DNA from: a virus
Taxonomy: Duplodnaviria; Caudoviricetes
Reading direction: 5' to 3' (one strand)
IMG/VR virus record: IMGVR_UViG_3300045747_000276
Location: 161 to 64,160 of that record
Length of the DNA: 64,000 nt
Shown here: piece after piece, positions 21,149 to 31,111 of the stretch
How the letters are laid out: each line of letters starts with the position of its first letter
How positions within the stretch are numbered: position 1 is the stretch's first letter
The notes under the pieces: generated by a model
What the model was told of the DNA's origin: nothing
Seen by the model: the letters and a program-made list of their open reading frames with translations, nothing else
Database searches by the model: none
Position numbers and translations under genes: made by a program

Positions 21149-22177
21149 ATGACAAATTATGACACACTAGTTTTAATAGGGCGCTTTCAGCCCGTACACA
21201 ATGCACACGCAGAGATAATAGCCAAAGCCATCAATATGGCCAAACAGGTTATTGTGATCGTGGGATCGGCAAAACAACCCAGAACATATAAGAACCCATG
21301 GACTAGCCATGAACGTGTATTGATGCTGAACAATGTGGTTGATGATATGCTACCAAAGCTACCCACCAAAACAGTTAGGGTAGAAGAAAATGTAGATACT
21401 GTCTACAATGACCAATCATGGGCAGCCAGAATACAAGCCATAGTATCTAAACACACTATGCCAGGTGATAACATAGGTATCATTGGGCACACTAAAGATG
21501 ATACTAGTTATTATCTTAGTATGTTCCCCCAGTGGGGATTTGTTGAGGTGAATCTTATCCAGCCTCTAAATGCAACTAATATTAGGGATTTGTATTTTAG
21601 GAAAAACGCTAACATGAATTTCATTCGTGGTGTTGTTCCTCCAGTAGTAACAAGAATGCTTGAATCCTGGAAAGATACTCCAGATTATAATCAGATAATA
21701 AAAGAACGTGAGTTTGTTGATGATTATAAGAAACAGTATTCATCCTTACCATACGCTCCAGTTTTTGTAACTGTTGATGCTGTGGTTGTTTGTGCAGGAC
21801 ATGTATTGATGGTTAAACGAAGAAGTGAACCTGGTAGAGGCCTATGGGCAATGCCAGGCGGGTTCTTAAACGCTGCAACGGACAGAATCATTCGTGACGC
21901 AATGATAAGGGAACTTAGAGAAGAGACAATGATCAAGGTCCCAGGGCCTGTCCTTGTGGGAAGTATAACACGGTCAATGGTATTTGATGCTATTGATAGG
22001 AGTGCTAGGGGTCGAACAATTACACATTGTTTTAAGATCGACCTTCCACCAGGTGAATTGCCTAAAGTTAAAGGATCTGATGATGCAGAAAAGGCACAAT
22101 GGATTCCTATTGCATCAATAAATTCATCTACTTGCTTCGAAGATCATTTTGAGATTATAACAACCATGCTAGGATAA
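21149..22177 (+). CDS. nadM: Bifunctional NMN adenylyltransferase / Nudix ADP-ribose pyrophosphatase
   Basis: 'IGRFQPVHNAH'; Nudix box 'PGGF...MIRELREET'; 'GSDDA'. Confidence 0.93.
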   Translation: MTNYDTLVLIGRFQPVHNAHAEIIAKAINMAKQVIVIVGSAKQPRTYKNPWTSHERVLMLNNVVDDMLPKLPTKTVRVEENVDTVYNDQSWAARIQAIVSKHTMPGDNIGIIGHTKDDTSYYLSMFPQWGFVEVNLIQPLNATNIRDLYFRKNANMNFIRGVVPPVVTRMLESWKDTPDYNQIIKEREFVDDYKKQYSSLPYAPVFVTVDAVVVCAGHVLMVKRRSEPGRGLWAMPGGFLNAATDRIIRDAMIRELREETMIKVPGPVLVGSITRSMVFDAIDRSARGRTITHCFKIDLPPGELPKVKGSDDAEKAQWIPIASINSSTCFEDHFEIITTMLG

Positions 22178-22468
22178 ATTATGAAGTATAAAGCAACAAT
22201 TTTGAGTATATCTGTTCATCCAGATAACGAAAACCCAGTATTTGGCGAACGATCAACCCATATTACAGTGGACGATGAAGCTGGAGGGCCCTTCTTGAAA
22301 CTCATTCAATGTAATGATCAGATTACGTCAGGGGAGATCAGGGTTGACTTTGGAGAGATGGAAGTTATATATGCTACATCAAAAATATTGAGTTCGCAAT
22401 TTGACACAAAAGAAAATTCAATGTAAAATTAAATTGAGGTAAAAGTAGGTGTCCTTACAATGACATTA

Positions 22469-22516
22469 AAGTCCTAGAGATAGACTCGAGGCATATTAAT
22501 TTTAAAGGAGCTTTAA
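22469..22516 (+). promoter_or_regulatory. NAD-gene leader motif, copy 2
   Basis: aagtcctagagatagact...aggca...ttttaaaggagctttaa. Confidence 0.65.
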
Positions 22517-23218
22517 ATGAAAAATTCAATTATACTTGACACGGATTCCTATAAGGTATCAATGTGGAAACAGTACCCTAAAGGTACCGAATATGTATAC
22601 TCTTATATCGAATCACGCGGTGGTAAATATGACCGAACAGAATTCCTCGGTGTGCAGGCACTAGCTAAGTATCTAGCAACACCCATTACACAGGAACAAA
22701 TTGATTATGCAGATAAAATCTGGACTGCTCACGGAGAACCGTTCAATAGAGCCGGGTGGCAGTACATCTTGGATGTCTATCAAGGAAAATTACCCCTACG
22801 CATCCGCGCGGCTAAAGAGGGACTTATCATCCCAACCAAAAATGTCCTCTGCACAATCGAAAATACTGATCCAAAATGTTTCTGGCTTACAACTTGGGTT
22901 GAAACGGCAGCACTCAGAGCAATTTGGTATCCTACAACTGTCGGAACTACATCTTGGCACATAAAGCAAGAAATTCTAAACTACTTGGAGATGTCAGGTG
23001 ATCCTACCCTTATTAGTTTTAAGCTTCACGATTTTGGTGCCCGGGGTGTTAGTTCTCTCGAATCTGCAGGAATTGGTGGGGCGGCGCACCTGGTTAATTT
23101 TATGGGTACGGATACTATGTCTGGTGTTCTTCATATCATTGATGTATACGGAGGCGATGTGGTGGGGTTCTCGATCCCAGCAAGTGAACATTCAGTTGCA
23201 TGTAGTTACGGAAAATAA
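22517..23218 (+). CDS. nadV: Nicotinamide phosphoribosyltransferase, N-terminal half
   Basis: 'DTDSYK', 'LHDFGARG', 'GTDT', 'IPASEHS'; stops just after SEHS. Confidence 0.92.
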   Translation: MKNSIILDTDSYKVSMWKQYPKGTEYVYSYIESRGGKYDRTEFLGVQALAKYLATPITQEQIDYADKIWTAHGEPFNRAGWQYILDVYQGKLPLRIRAAKEGLIIPTKNVLCTIENTDPKCFWLTTWVETAALRAIWYPTTVGTTSWHIKQEILNYLEMSGDPTLISFKLHDFGARGVSSLESAGIGGAAHLVNFMGTDTMSGVLHIIDVYGGDVVGFSIPASEHSVACSYGK

Positions 23219-23273
23219 AAACAGTGCTCCGTAGCAGAAATCGCATAAATACATTATAGAGGAATACACTATT

Positions 23274-24410
23274 ATGCTTTATACGATTTACAAAATTACG
23301 AATAAAATGACAGGTCAGATTTATATTGGGCAACACATTACTGATAATTTGAATGACGGTTATATGGGTTCGGGCAGTAGAATCATAAACTCGGTTGCAA
23401 AATATGGAAAAGACCAATTTGATAAAGAAATTCTGTTTGTGTTTGATAATTTTGATGATATGGACCGAAGCGAGGCTGAATTAGTAAATGAAGAATTTAT
23501 TAAACGACCTGACACATATAATGTAGTATTGGGCGGAACAGGTTGGTGCAGCAAAGGAACTGTTACTGTAGAAGATTTATTAAATCCAGGCATTTTTATT
23601 AGGATACCAACTGACCATTTTGATTCTAAAATCCATAGGTATCCAACTTCAGGTTCGGTACAGGTTTACTTAAAAACAACAGGTGAGAAAATCAGAGTTA
23701 ATATGGAAGAATACAGAACTAATAAATCTCTGTATAATGCTGTATCAACCGGTAAGGTATCTATTAGAAACATAAAGACAGGAAAAACTTCTTCTATTGT
23801 AGTGTCGGAGTTTGATCCAAAAATTCATGAAAAAGTCCTTGGTGGTATCGTGGCAGTAAAAGAAGGTATTAAACAATACGTATCAAAGGAAGAATTTGTG
23901 CATAGTGGGTTGCAGGGTGTGCACAAGGGAAAAATAACCGCGGTAGATAAAGAAACAGGAGTTAAAAAGCACATAACACAGGCTGAATATTATGCAGATA
24001 AAAATAGATATTTACCCAATGGTTCAGGAACCACTTTAGTGAAAGATAAGTCGACCGGTAAACGGTATAGAATAGCTACTGAGTTAGTCGATAACACGCA
24101 GCATGTAGTAGGAACATCTGGGTGGGCTACAGTATACGACATAGCATTAGGTAAATTTTTAAATATCACTAAAGGAACAATAGATAATAGTAAACACAAA
24201 CGAGCTAGTGATAAGAAGTTTGTTTGCTACAATCCAGATGGTACAATTAAATTTGAATTTTGGGGCGGAAAGCAAGAATTTTTGGGAAGATATAAATGTC
24301 CTGCAAGCGTATGGGAATCTGCAGTAAAAGGAAATACATTTAAATCAGACAGAGCAGGTAGTAAGGATTTTAATGGGTGTAATTTTGTGCTCATTGATTG
24401 GAAGTCCTAG
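23274..24410 (+). mobile_element. Free-standing GIY-YIG (Seg-like) homing endonuclease splitting nadV
   Basis: 'YTIYKITN...YIGQH...DGYMGSG'; repeated C-terminal units; CATAAATA late-promoter-like site at 23244-23251. Confidence 0.88.
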
Positions 24411-24451
24411 AGATAGACTTTAGGCAATTTTATTTTTAAAGGAGCTTTAAA
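24402..24451 (+). promoter_or_regulatory. NAD-gene leader motif, copy 3 (near duplicate of copy 2)
   Basis: An identical 18-mer aagtcctagagatagact and an identical ttttaaaggagctttaaa. Confidence 0.7.
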
Positions 24452-25201
24452 ATGAGTGAAAGACAATATGTGTTAAATATGATAGAACAGTTTGCAAAAC
24501 CAGGAGCAATTTTTGCCATGGTAGCAGACTCATACAACATCTATAATTTTTGTGAGATGTTAGGTGACGATTTAGAGATTAAGGAGAAAATAGATGCACA
24601 CAGACTTACTGGGGGGTTTACTGTTATCCGCCCTGATTCTGGCGATCCTGTTGAAGTATTGCCGAAGATGTTCAAGATTCTTGGAGAAAAGTTCGGATTC
24701 ACTAAAAATGAAAAAGGATACAAAGTCCTTAACAGTGTCAGAGTTATATGGGGAGATGGCATTGACAGCAGTTCTCTTTCTACTATTCTTCGGACTGTTG
24801 TTGATGTTGGAGGCTGGTCTGCTGACAACATAGCATTCGGTATGGGTGGTGGGCTGTTGCAACAATGCAACCGTGACACCCTTGAGTTTGCTATGAAGGC
24901 ATCTGCGGTTGGTGTTCGTGAATGGGTTGAAGATGGTGATCTTGGTTCTGGATGGAAACTTGTATTCCGCGATGTGTTTAAAGACCCAATTACTGCATCA
25001 AACAAAGCATCTAAGAAGGGTAAGGTAAAACTTTGGACTAACAACGCCGGCGAATTTTATACAAGTGTAAATGAACCAACAGGATGGACTGATAAGGGGG
25101 TATATGGTGGCTGGCAAGATGCTATGGAAACATACTTTTTAGATGGTGCTGTAATGTTTACACAAACCTTTGAAGAAGTTCGGAACAATACAAGGAGTTA
25201 A
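24452..25201 (+). CDS. nadV: Nicotinamide phosphoribosyltransferase, C-terminal half
   Basis: 'VADSY', 'IRPDSGDP', 'GDGI', 'FGMGGGLLQ..NRDT..FAMK', 'KDPIT..NKASKKG'. Confidence 0.92.
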   Translation: MSERQYVLNMIEQFAKPGAIFAMVADSYNIYNFCEMLGDDLEIKEKIDAHRLTGGFTVIRPDSGDPVEVLPKMFKILGEKFGFTKNEKGYKVLNSVRVIWGDGIDSSSLSTILRTVVDVGGWSADNIAFGMGGGLLQQCNRDTLEFAMKASAVGVREWVEDGDLGSGWKLVFRDVFKDPITASNKASKKGKVKLWTNNAGEFYTSVNEPTGWTDKGVYGGWQDAMETYFLDGAVMFTQTFEEVRNNTRS

Positions 25202-25208
25202 ATAGTAA

Positions 25209-25685
25209 ATGATTGAAGTTAAGGCACCAAATAGATCTGGGTGGGACGCACCATGTTCTGTATTTCTGGGTGGGTCAATAGAGATGGGAAAAGCATCTGA
25301 TTGGCAAGATAAATTAAAAAATGATCTTGCTCAATACAATGTTGTTCTATTTAATCCAAGGAGAGAATATTGGGATTCGTCAATGGTTCAATCAATATCC
25401 AACCCAGAATTTAATGAGCAGGTATCATGGGAATTGGAACACATCGAACTCGCTGATCTAGTGGTGTTTTATTTTGACCCATTGACACAGTCCCCAGTAA
25501 CATTGATGGAAGTTGGGCTCTGCGCAGGACTTGGCAAGGCATCTGATGTTATTGTGTGTTGCCCAGACGGATACTTTCGCAAGGGGAACTTGGAAATTGT
25601 GTGCTCTAGGTATGGTATGCCAATTCTAGAAACTTATAATTCGCTTGTTGAGACACTACATCAAAGGTTATCATACTACAATTGA
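25209..25685 (+). CDS. Nucleoside 2-deoxyribosyltransferase-like protein
   Basis: 'VFLGGSI...WQ...FNPRR...QVSWEL...SPVTLMEVG'. Confidence 0.8.
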   Translation: MIEVKAPNRSGWDAPCSVFLGGSIEMGKASDWQDKLKNDLAQYNVVLFNPRREYWDSSMVQSISNPEFNEQVSWELEHIELADLVVFYFDPLTQSPVTLMEVGLCAGLGKASDVIVCCPDGYFRKGNLEIVCSRYGMPILETYNSLVETLHQRLSYYN

Positions 25686-25710
25686 CATTTAAGTCATAAA
25701 TATGTATAAT
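25682..25710 (+). promoter_or_regulatory. Sigma70-type early promoter
   Basis: TTGACA-17 nt-TATAAT directly before a tRNA. Confidence 0.85.
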
Positions 25711-25721
25711 TGATACATGAA

Positions 25722-25797
25722 GCAACTCTAGCATAATGGTTATTGCCGAGAACTCATAATTCTTACGATCCGGGTTCGAGTCCCGGGGGTTGCACCA
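25722..25797 (+). tRNA. tRNA with CAT anticodon (Met or Ile2)
   Basis: Cloverleaf; gagaa-CTCATAA-ttctt; TTCGAGT T-loop; ACCA end. Confidence 0.9.
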
Positions 25798-25953
25798 ATT
25801 TTTTATTTTTATATTATGAATGTGATAGAGTTAATTACGGCTCTTGGCAACAAACAGTTGCATTTTTCAAATTCTCGGCAGGTGATGTGCTTAACATCAC
25901 CTAAGTGGTATCATTGTATCACCAGTCCAGATAAAACAGCTAAAGGATCTAGA

Positions 25954-26613
25954 ATGAAAATGACAATCATTCCACCTGCCTCATCATTGAATTATGATAT
26001 TAAGAAGAAGGCATTTAAACTTCGAATAGATTGGATGGGTAAATTTAAGTCCATCGGTAAATTGTTTCGTGTAACTGCAATAACCTGCATTATTGCAGTT
26101 GGCTTACTTGGAGTAAATTCCGATGAAATAAAATCTGCAGAAATGGACTTACTATTATTGCCTGAAGCAATATTCACTAGGTATATCATAGACAGTAATC
26201 CCAAAGTCAATATGAACGACGCTGTGACTATGTCAAATTCTATATTGAAATGGGCAGATCAATTCAATATTGACCCCAGTTTATTGCTAGCATTATCACA
26301 AACAGAGTCTGGTTTTAATAAACACAGCATATCGTCTGTTGGTGCGGTTGGGTTAACTCAGATTATGGTCAGATATCATGTAGAGAAGATCAAAACAGCA
26401 AAAAAGTATCTTCCTACACCTGAACTATTTGACATCAATACCAATATCTATTTAGGAGCATGGGTTCTACGTGATTGTTTAACAAAGTTCAAGAGCACAA
26501 ATAGTGCATTGCTTTGTTATAACGGGTCCAATTCTAATCCTTCCGGGTACGATAAAGTTGTTCTAAGGTTCAAGAGTAATATCGACGGGTATTTGAAATC
26601 AGTAAAGGCATAA
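25954..26613 (+). CDS. Lytic transglycosylase (SLT domain) with membrane anchor
   Basis: 'ESGFN', 'GAVGLTQIM', 'NIYLGA..L', 'YNG'. Confidence 0.85.
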   Translation: MKMTIIPPASSLNYDIKKKAFKLRIDWMGKFKSIGKLFRVTAITCIIAVGLLGVNSDEIKSAEMDLLLLPEAIFTRYIIDSNPKVNMNDAVTMSNSILKWADQFNIDPSLLLALSQTESGFNKHSISSVGAVGLTQIMVRYHVEKIKTAKKYLPTPELFDINTNIYLGAWVLRDCLTKFKSTNSALLCYNGSNSNPSGYDKVVLRFKSNIDGYLKSVKA

Positions 26614-26615
26614 TT

Positions 26616-27377
26616 ATGGCAAAGATTGGTTATGAGTTTGAGTTTCTCTGCAATAGAGATAGCTCAGATATTGAAAGAGACATGGAAAAAATATTTGGGC
26701 CTAAGAACAAGTTTAGGGTAACCACAGACGGATCCATAAAGAGAAGTAAAAACACTATTAAACGAAACGGTTGGCATGGTGTGGAGTTAATAACACCACC
26801 ATTAACTAAATTAAAATCTATCAACACTTTGAATATATTACAGTTATATCTAGATAAGATAGGGGCAATAACAAACAACTCAACTGGATTTCATATAAAT
26901 GTGTCTTCATCGAGTATGAGAAATTTTGACCCTATGACATTGATTGGGGTAGTTGACGAGAGTAGAATTGCAAGAACTTTTGGTAGGGAATTAAACCCAT
27001 ACTGTGTCCCATGGGCATTTTATCTCAACTCTCTTGCGAGAAGCATAAAACGGGATAAGAGTGTCATAAACAAATTTGGTACTTTTATAAAAGAAGTTGA
27101 TGCAGTTACATATGCTATTTCTGTAGGGGATGCAGATTGTGGTCATATTCATGCAGATCGCCTTATGAAACGTATGATAGAAAAGTATATGACGACCAAT
27201 ATAAGTAAGTTGCAATTGGGTTACGTAGAATATAGAATGCTAGGTGGAAAAGATTATCATAAAAAGGGGCTGCAACCCATAGTAGAACATCTTGTCAGTT
27301 TGACAAACTATGCAGCCAAAGGGAAAAGCAACAGTATTAACAATGATTACTATAGTCAATATAAGGATTTACTATGA
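26616..27377 (+). CDS. Putative amidoligase family protein
   Basis: 'GYEFEF', 'DGSI', 'ELITP', 'TGFHIN', 'VEYR'. Confidence 0.8.
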   Translation: MAKIGYEFEFLCNRDSSDIERDMEKIFGPKNKFRVTTDGSIKRSKNTIKRNGWHGVELITPPLTKLKSINTLNILQLYLDKIGAITNNSTGFHINVSSSSMRNFDPMTLIGVVDESRIARTFGRELNPYCVPWAFYLNSLARSIKRDKSVINKFGTFIKEVDAVTYAISVGDADCGHIHADRLMKRMIEKYMTTNISKLQLGYVEYRMLGGKDYHKKGLQPIVEHLVSLTNYAAKGKSNSINNDYYSQYKDLL

Positions 27378-27551
27378 ATAAATTGCCCAGTATTTTGAAA
27401 TCTAATAAGATTCCCAATTCAATTGAGACAACTCGGTTGATTGAAATCAATGAAAAGAAAAGAGTGGCTGCAATAGAACGCCTTGGAGAGAGGTGGTTGT
27501 TCCATCCGTCGAATAAAGTTCAACGAAGCAATAGTATGGCATTAAATTAAT

Positions 27552-27977
27552 ATGAAATATCAATATCACAAAGACGGCACTGCACCTCCTGAGGCATGCG
27601 ACAAAACAATTTTTGTATTCGGCAGTAATCTATCTGGCATACATGGAGCAGGTGCAGCTCGGGCAGCATTTGAAAATTATGGTGCCAAGTGGGGCACTGG
27701 TGTGGGGTTTGCAGGACAGTCATACGCAATTCCAACAAAGGATTTTGGCATTGCCCGAACACTAACTATCGGTGAAATTTCTGATTATGTAATTTATTTT
27801 AAGTTGGCAGCAAATAATGTTAGGGGCATGGATGGCAACGTGTTGAAATATTTTGTAACCAGGATTGGCTGCGGTCTGGCAGGGTACAAAGACGAAGATA
27901 TTGCCCCATTATTTGCCAATTCCCCAGAAAACTGTAATTTTCCAGTAACATGGAAACCATTCTTGGAAGTCCTATAA
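27552..27977 (+). CDS. Macro-domain-like (A1pp-type) protein
   Basis: 'IFVFGSNLSGIHGAGAA', 'SYAIPTK', 'TRIGCGLAG'. Confidence 0.75.
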   Translation: MKYQYHKDGTAPPEACDKTIFVFGSNLSGIHGAGAARAAFENYGAKWGTGVGFAGQSYAIPTKDFGIARTLTIGEISDYVIYFKLAANNVRGMDGNVLKYFVTRIGCGLAGYKDEDIAPLFANSPENCNFPVTWKPFLEVL

Positions 27978-28053
27978 ATAGATTGTCGCAAAGTAATATT
28001 GCATTAAATTAAAATATATGTGACAATACATCATCAATCGAAAAGGAGCATAA

Positions 28054-28728
28054 ATGTTTGACGTTAAGAAAACCGACCCTGCATTGGGACAATTAGTAGA
28101 AGATAACCTTAATCGTCTTGGTCTACAAACACCAACGAAAAGAACTGCATTACTGGCAGGTGAAGATTATAAAATATCTCAGATTCAAAAATCATTCTCG
28201 GATATTATGACCGTTATGGGTTTAGATTTATCAGACGACTCTCTAGAGGATACACCCAAAAGGGTTGCCAAGATGTTTGTCAATGAGACAATGTGGGGCC
28301 TCAAACCTGAGAATTTCCCAAAAATCACAACCATCGAAAACAAGATGAAGTACGATGAGATGCTAATCGAAAAAGACATCTCAGTTATGTCAAATTGTGA
28401 GCATCATTTTGTCACCATTGAGGGTCGTGCCCACATAGCATACATTCCGAAAAATAGGGTAATCGGATTGTCAAAAATCAACCGAGTTGTTGAATATTTT
28501 AGTCGTCGTCCTCAAGTTCAGGAACGATTGACATCACAGATTTTTGAAACATTGAAATTTATTCTGGATACTGATGATGTTGCAGTAGTAGTTGACGCTA
28601 AGCATTATTGTGTTATTAGTCGCGGTATTCAAGATGAGAATAGTCATACCATCACAAGTGCCGTGGGTGGAAAGTTTAGAACAGAACCTGATGTCCGTAA
28701 AGAGTTCTTAGCATTAGTAAGAGTATGA
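28054..28728 (+). CDS. folE: GTP cyclohydrolase I
   Basis: 'TPKRVAKM', 'SNCEHH', 'GLSKINR', 'RPQVQERLT'. Confidence 0.95.
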   Translation: MFDVKKTDPALGQLVEDNLNRLGLQTPTKRTALLAGEDYKISQIQKSFSDIMTVMGLDLSDDSLEDTPKRVAKMFVNETMWGLKPENFPKITTIENKMKYDEMLIEKDISVMSNCEHHFVTIEGRAHIAYIPKNRVIGLSKINRVVEYFSRRPQVQERLTSQIFETLKFILDTDDVAVVVDAKHYCVISRGIQDENSHTITSAVGGKFRTEPDVRKEFLALVRV

Positions 28729-28834
28729 AGTATCTAAAGTTTATATTATTGACAATTGCTGCTATACCCTATATTTTTATATGGTGTATATTTCATCCTA
28801 AACTCGTATGGTTTCAATGTAAGAAAGATTACAA

Positions 28835-29374
28835 ATGGCTTTAAGTAAACATGCCCACATTATGATAGACACTGAGACACTGAGCCAGCATAAAAATGCT
28901 GTTATTGTGTCAATAGGTGCATGTAAGTTCTCCTTTGAAAAGGGGATCTTCGATGAATTTTATATCAACATTGATGCCAAAGATTCAAAGAAACACGGAC
29001 TCCACATTGATCAGAGCACAATTGATTGGTGGATGAAGCAGGATAAGGCAGCTCGCAATGCGTGGATGGTTGATCCTCAACCATTGAAATTTGCAATGGG
29101 AGAATTGACAAATTGGATTGGTGACGCGAATCATAACTTTTGGGCACACGGTGCATCATTCGACTATCCTATCCTAGAGAGTTCATGGGAAGCGGTCGGA
29201 ATGAAACCTCAGTGGAAATATTGGAATCTAAATGATTCTAGAACCATTATGAACATTGCTGGTATAAACAATAAGACTCTTAGGAGTAATGATGATACTG
29301 TTTACCACAATGCATTGGAAGATTCCAAAGCACAAACAAAGGTTTTGATTGAGTTATTGAAGGATATAATGTAA
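28835..29374 (+). CDS. DEDD 3'-5' exonuclease (DexA-like)
   Basis: 'IDTETL', 'GASFD', 'DSRT', 'HNALED'. Confidence 0.88.
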   Translation: MALSKHAHIMIDTETLSQHKNAVIVSIGACKFSFEKGIFDEFYINIDAKDSKKHGLHIDQSTIDWWMKQDKAARNAWMVDPQPLKFAMGELTNWIGDANHNFWAHGASFDYPILESSWEAVGMKPQWKYWNLNDSRTIMNIAGINNKTLRSNDDTVYHNALEDSKAQTKVLIELLKDIM

Positions 29375-30585
29375 TGAGTGAACATATTAAAACGCGCTTT
29401 CTATTGGCGCTTAGTGGTGGAAGTTTGACGGCAATTAAGAAGTATGTTTCTGGTAATTGGGAACAGCGCAATCTATCAAAGTCGTTTAAGTTTTATAACA
29501 AAGACGCAGATTCTTATTTCTATCACCCAGATTTGCTGTTCAGTGCATTCCATATGAAACCTATTCTTAAGGGTCGTACAATCTGGGATGTGTTAGAAAT
29601 CAACAGGAATGAAAAACGAATGATTTTCATCGACTCTGGTGGTTACTCTATTGCTACAGGTGCAGTGTCTCGAGACAAGTGGACAGACCAGATGGCATTT
29701 GACTTATCTGTCGCCAATGGTAATTTGTTCCCCATTCTAGATATTCCTGTTACACCCAATGCAGACTTTGATGAGCACCTAAAGATCAGCAAAAACAGTG
29801 CACAATTTTACAAGGCAAACAAACCAGGCAACGGTGAGATGATTTTGAATGTTGCACACGGTAGACACATTGAAGAAGTTAAGAGGTGGGTTGATTCTAT
29901 CAGTGAAGTAGAGTTGGATGGTTGGGCTCTAGGTTCAAGTCACAGAGGAAATCCAAAGGAAATCTTGAAGGGCATGTTCTACATGCTAACATCAGGTGTT
30001 CTTGACAAAGCAAAAGCATTCCACGTCTTCGGTGTATCGTCAGCATCAATGATCATTTATTTTGCAGCAGTTAAGCATGCTATTCGCCGAAACAAGTTGA
30101 AGTATAATTTTGATCTTACATTTGATAGTTCATATCCAATGAGGACATTCGCATTTGGTCACTTCTTTGCATTCCGCAAGTTTGATGGGTTTGTGAATGT
30201 GACCATGACTAACACTGTTGATTGGTCACAATTAAAGGATGATGATTTTGCAGATGGGTTCTTTTGTAATTGCCCAGTTTGTTCAAACATCAAGTCTTTC
30301 CCATCATTGATGAAGGATGAGAAGTCAGATGAGCGAGGTATGTGGGGTTCGTTGCATAATTTGCATGAAATGCTAATGTATAAACGGCAGATTGAGGCTC
30401 TGGTAGAAATGTGTATGGATGTAGATGGTCTTGTTGGGAACATTTTCCCTGCAACGATTGCTAGGAACATACTGGTTATCCAAGAGGCATTCAACGACAT
30501 TCCTAATGGTGAGGCAATCATCAATCGTAAATTTGAATACAAAGACATTGATGCAGGCAACTCATTGGAAGGATTCTTCGGATGA
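29374..30585 (+). CDS. TGT-family guanine transglycosylase (tRNA TGT or DpdA-like)
   Basis: 'DSGGY', 'LDIP', 'HG', 'GWALG', 'HVFG', 'FDSS', Zn site 'CNCPVC...HN'. Confidence 0.85.
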   Translation: MSEHIKTRFLLALSGGSLTAIKKYVSGNWEQRNLSKSFKFYNKDADSYFYHPDLLFSAFHMKPILKGRTIWDVLEINRNEKRMIFIDSGGYSIATGAVSRDKWTDQMAFDLSVANGNLFPILDIPVTPNADFDEHLKISKNSAQFYKANKPGNGEMILNVAHGRHIEEVKRWVDSISEVELDGWALGSSHRGNPKEILKGMFYMLTSGVLDKAKAFHVFGVSSASMIIYFAAVKHAIRRNKLKYNFDLTFDSSYPMRTFAFGHFFAFRKFDGFVNVTMTNTVDWSQLKDDDFADGFFCNCPVCSNIKSFPSLMKDEKSDERGMWGSLHNLHEMLMYKRQIEALVEMCMDVDGLVGNIFPATIARNILVIQEAFNDIPNGEAIINRKFEYKDIDAGNSLEGFFG

Positions 30586-30836
30586 ACCGAAACCCATATT
30601 TGTCCTATTACACAGACAAAATTAAGAGTCTACGGAGTGAAATCAATTTGCTCCGTAGAACAGAACGAGCATTCGTAAAGGAAATGAGGAAAGCTTGTTC
30701 TCACTCTGGTCATTTGAAACGTCTACCTGTAATGAGTAAATTACCTATGTTTGCTGCACAGGGCTCAGATCCATTCACAGCGACGGTTAAGTATAAAGTT
30801 GTGTGTCAGGATTGTGGAAAGGTTATTCAGAAATGA
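30582..30836 (+). CDS. Small Zn-binding hypothetical protein
   Basis: CSH...CQDCGK. Confidence 0.6.
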   Translation: MNRNPYLSYYTDKIKSLRSEINLLRRTERAFVKEMRKACSHSGHLKRLPVMSKLPMFAAQGSDPFTATVKYKVVCQDCGKVIQK

Positions 30837-31111
30837 AAATACGAAATGCAGTAAAAAGACTTGAAGATAAAATAACTAAACTATATAATGACATTAAGGA
30901 CATTAGGGAAACCTGTCCCCATGAACATTTGCAAGGCAAATTCGGTGCAAACACGGGGAATTGGTGTAGTAGTGATGATTCCTATTGGGTAGACTTTGTG
31001 TGTCAGGATTGTGGAAAACGCTGGACAGAAGATCAAATGGAGATTGGGTACGGCGTGACCAAAGATGGTTTTAAATTTACTAGAGTTAAGGAGTTCGTTG
31101 TGACTTCTTGA
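30833..31111 (+). CDS. Small Zn-binding hypothetical protein (paralog of the previous ORF)
   Basis: CPH...CQDCGK; shares a 20-nt identical stretch. Confidence 0.6.
   Translation: MKIRNAVKRLEDKITKLYNDIKDIRETCPHEHLQGKFGANTGNWCSSDDSYWVDFVCQDCGKRWTEDQMEIGYGVTKDGFKFTRVKEFVVTS

Noticed and set aside
23219-24451. Group I intron or intein in nadV
   Set aside because: The non-coding flanks are too short for a ribozyme core, an in-frame stop precedes the endonuclease, there are no intein terminal motifs, and the second half has its own RBS.
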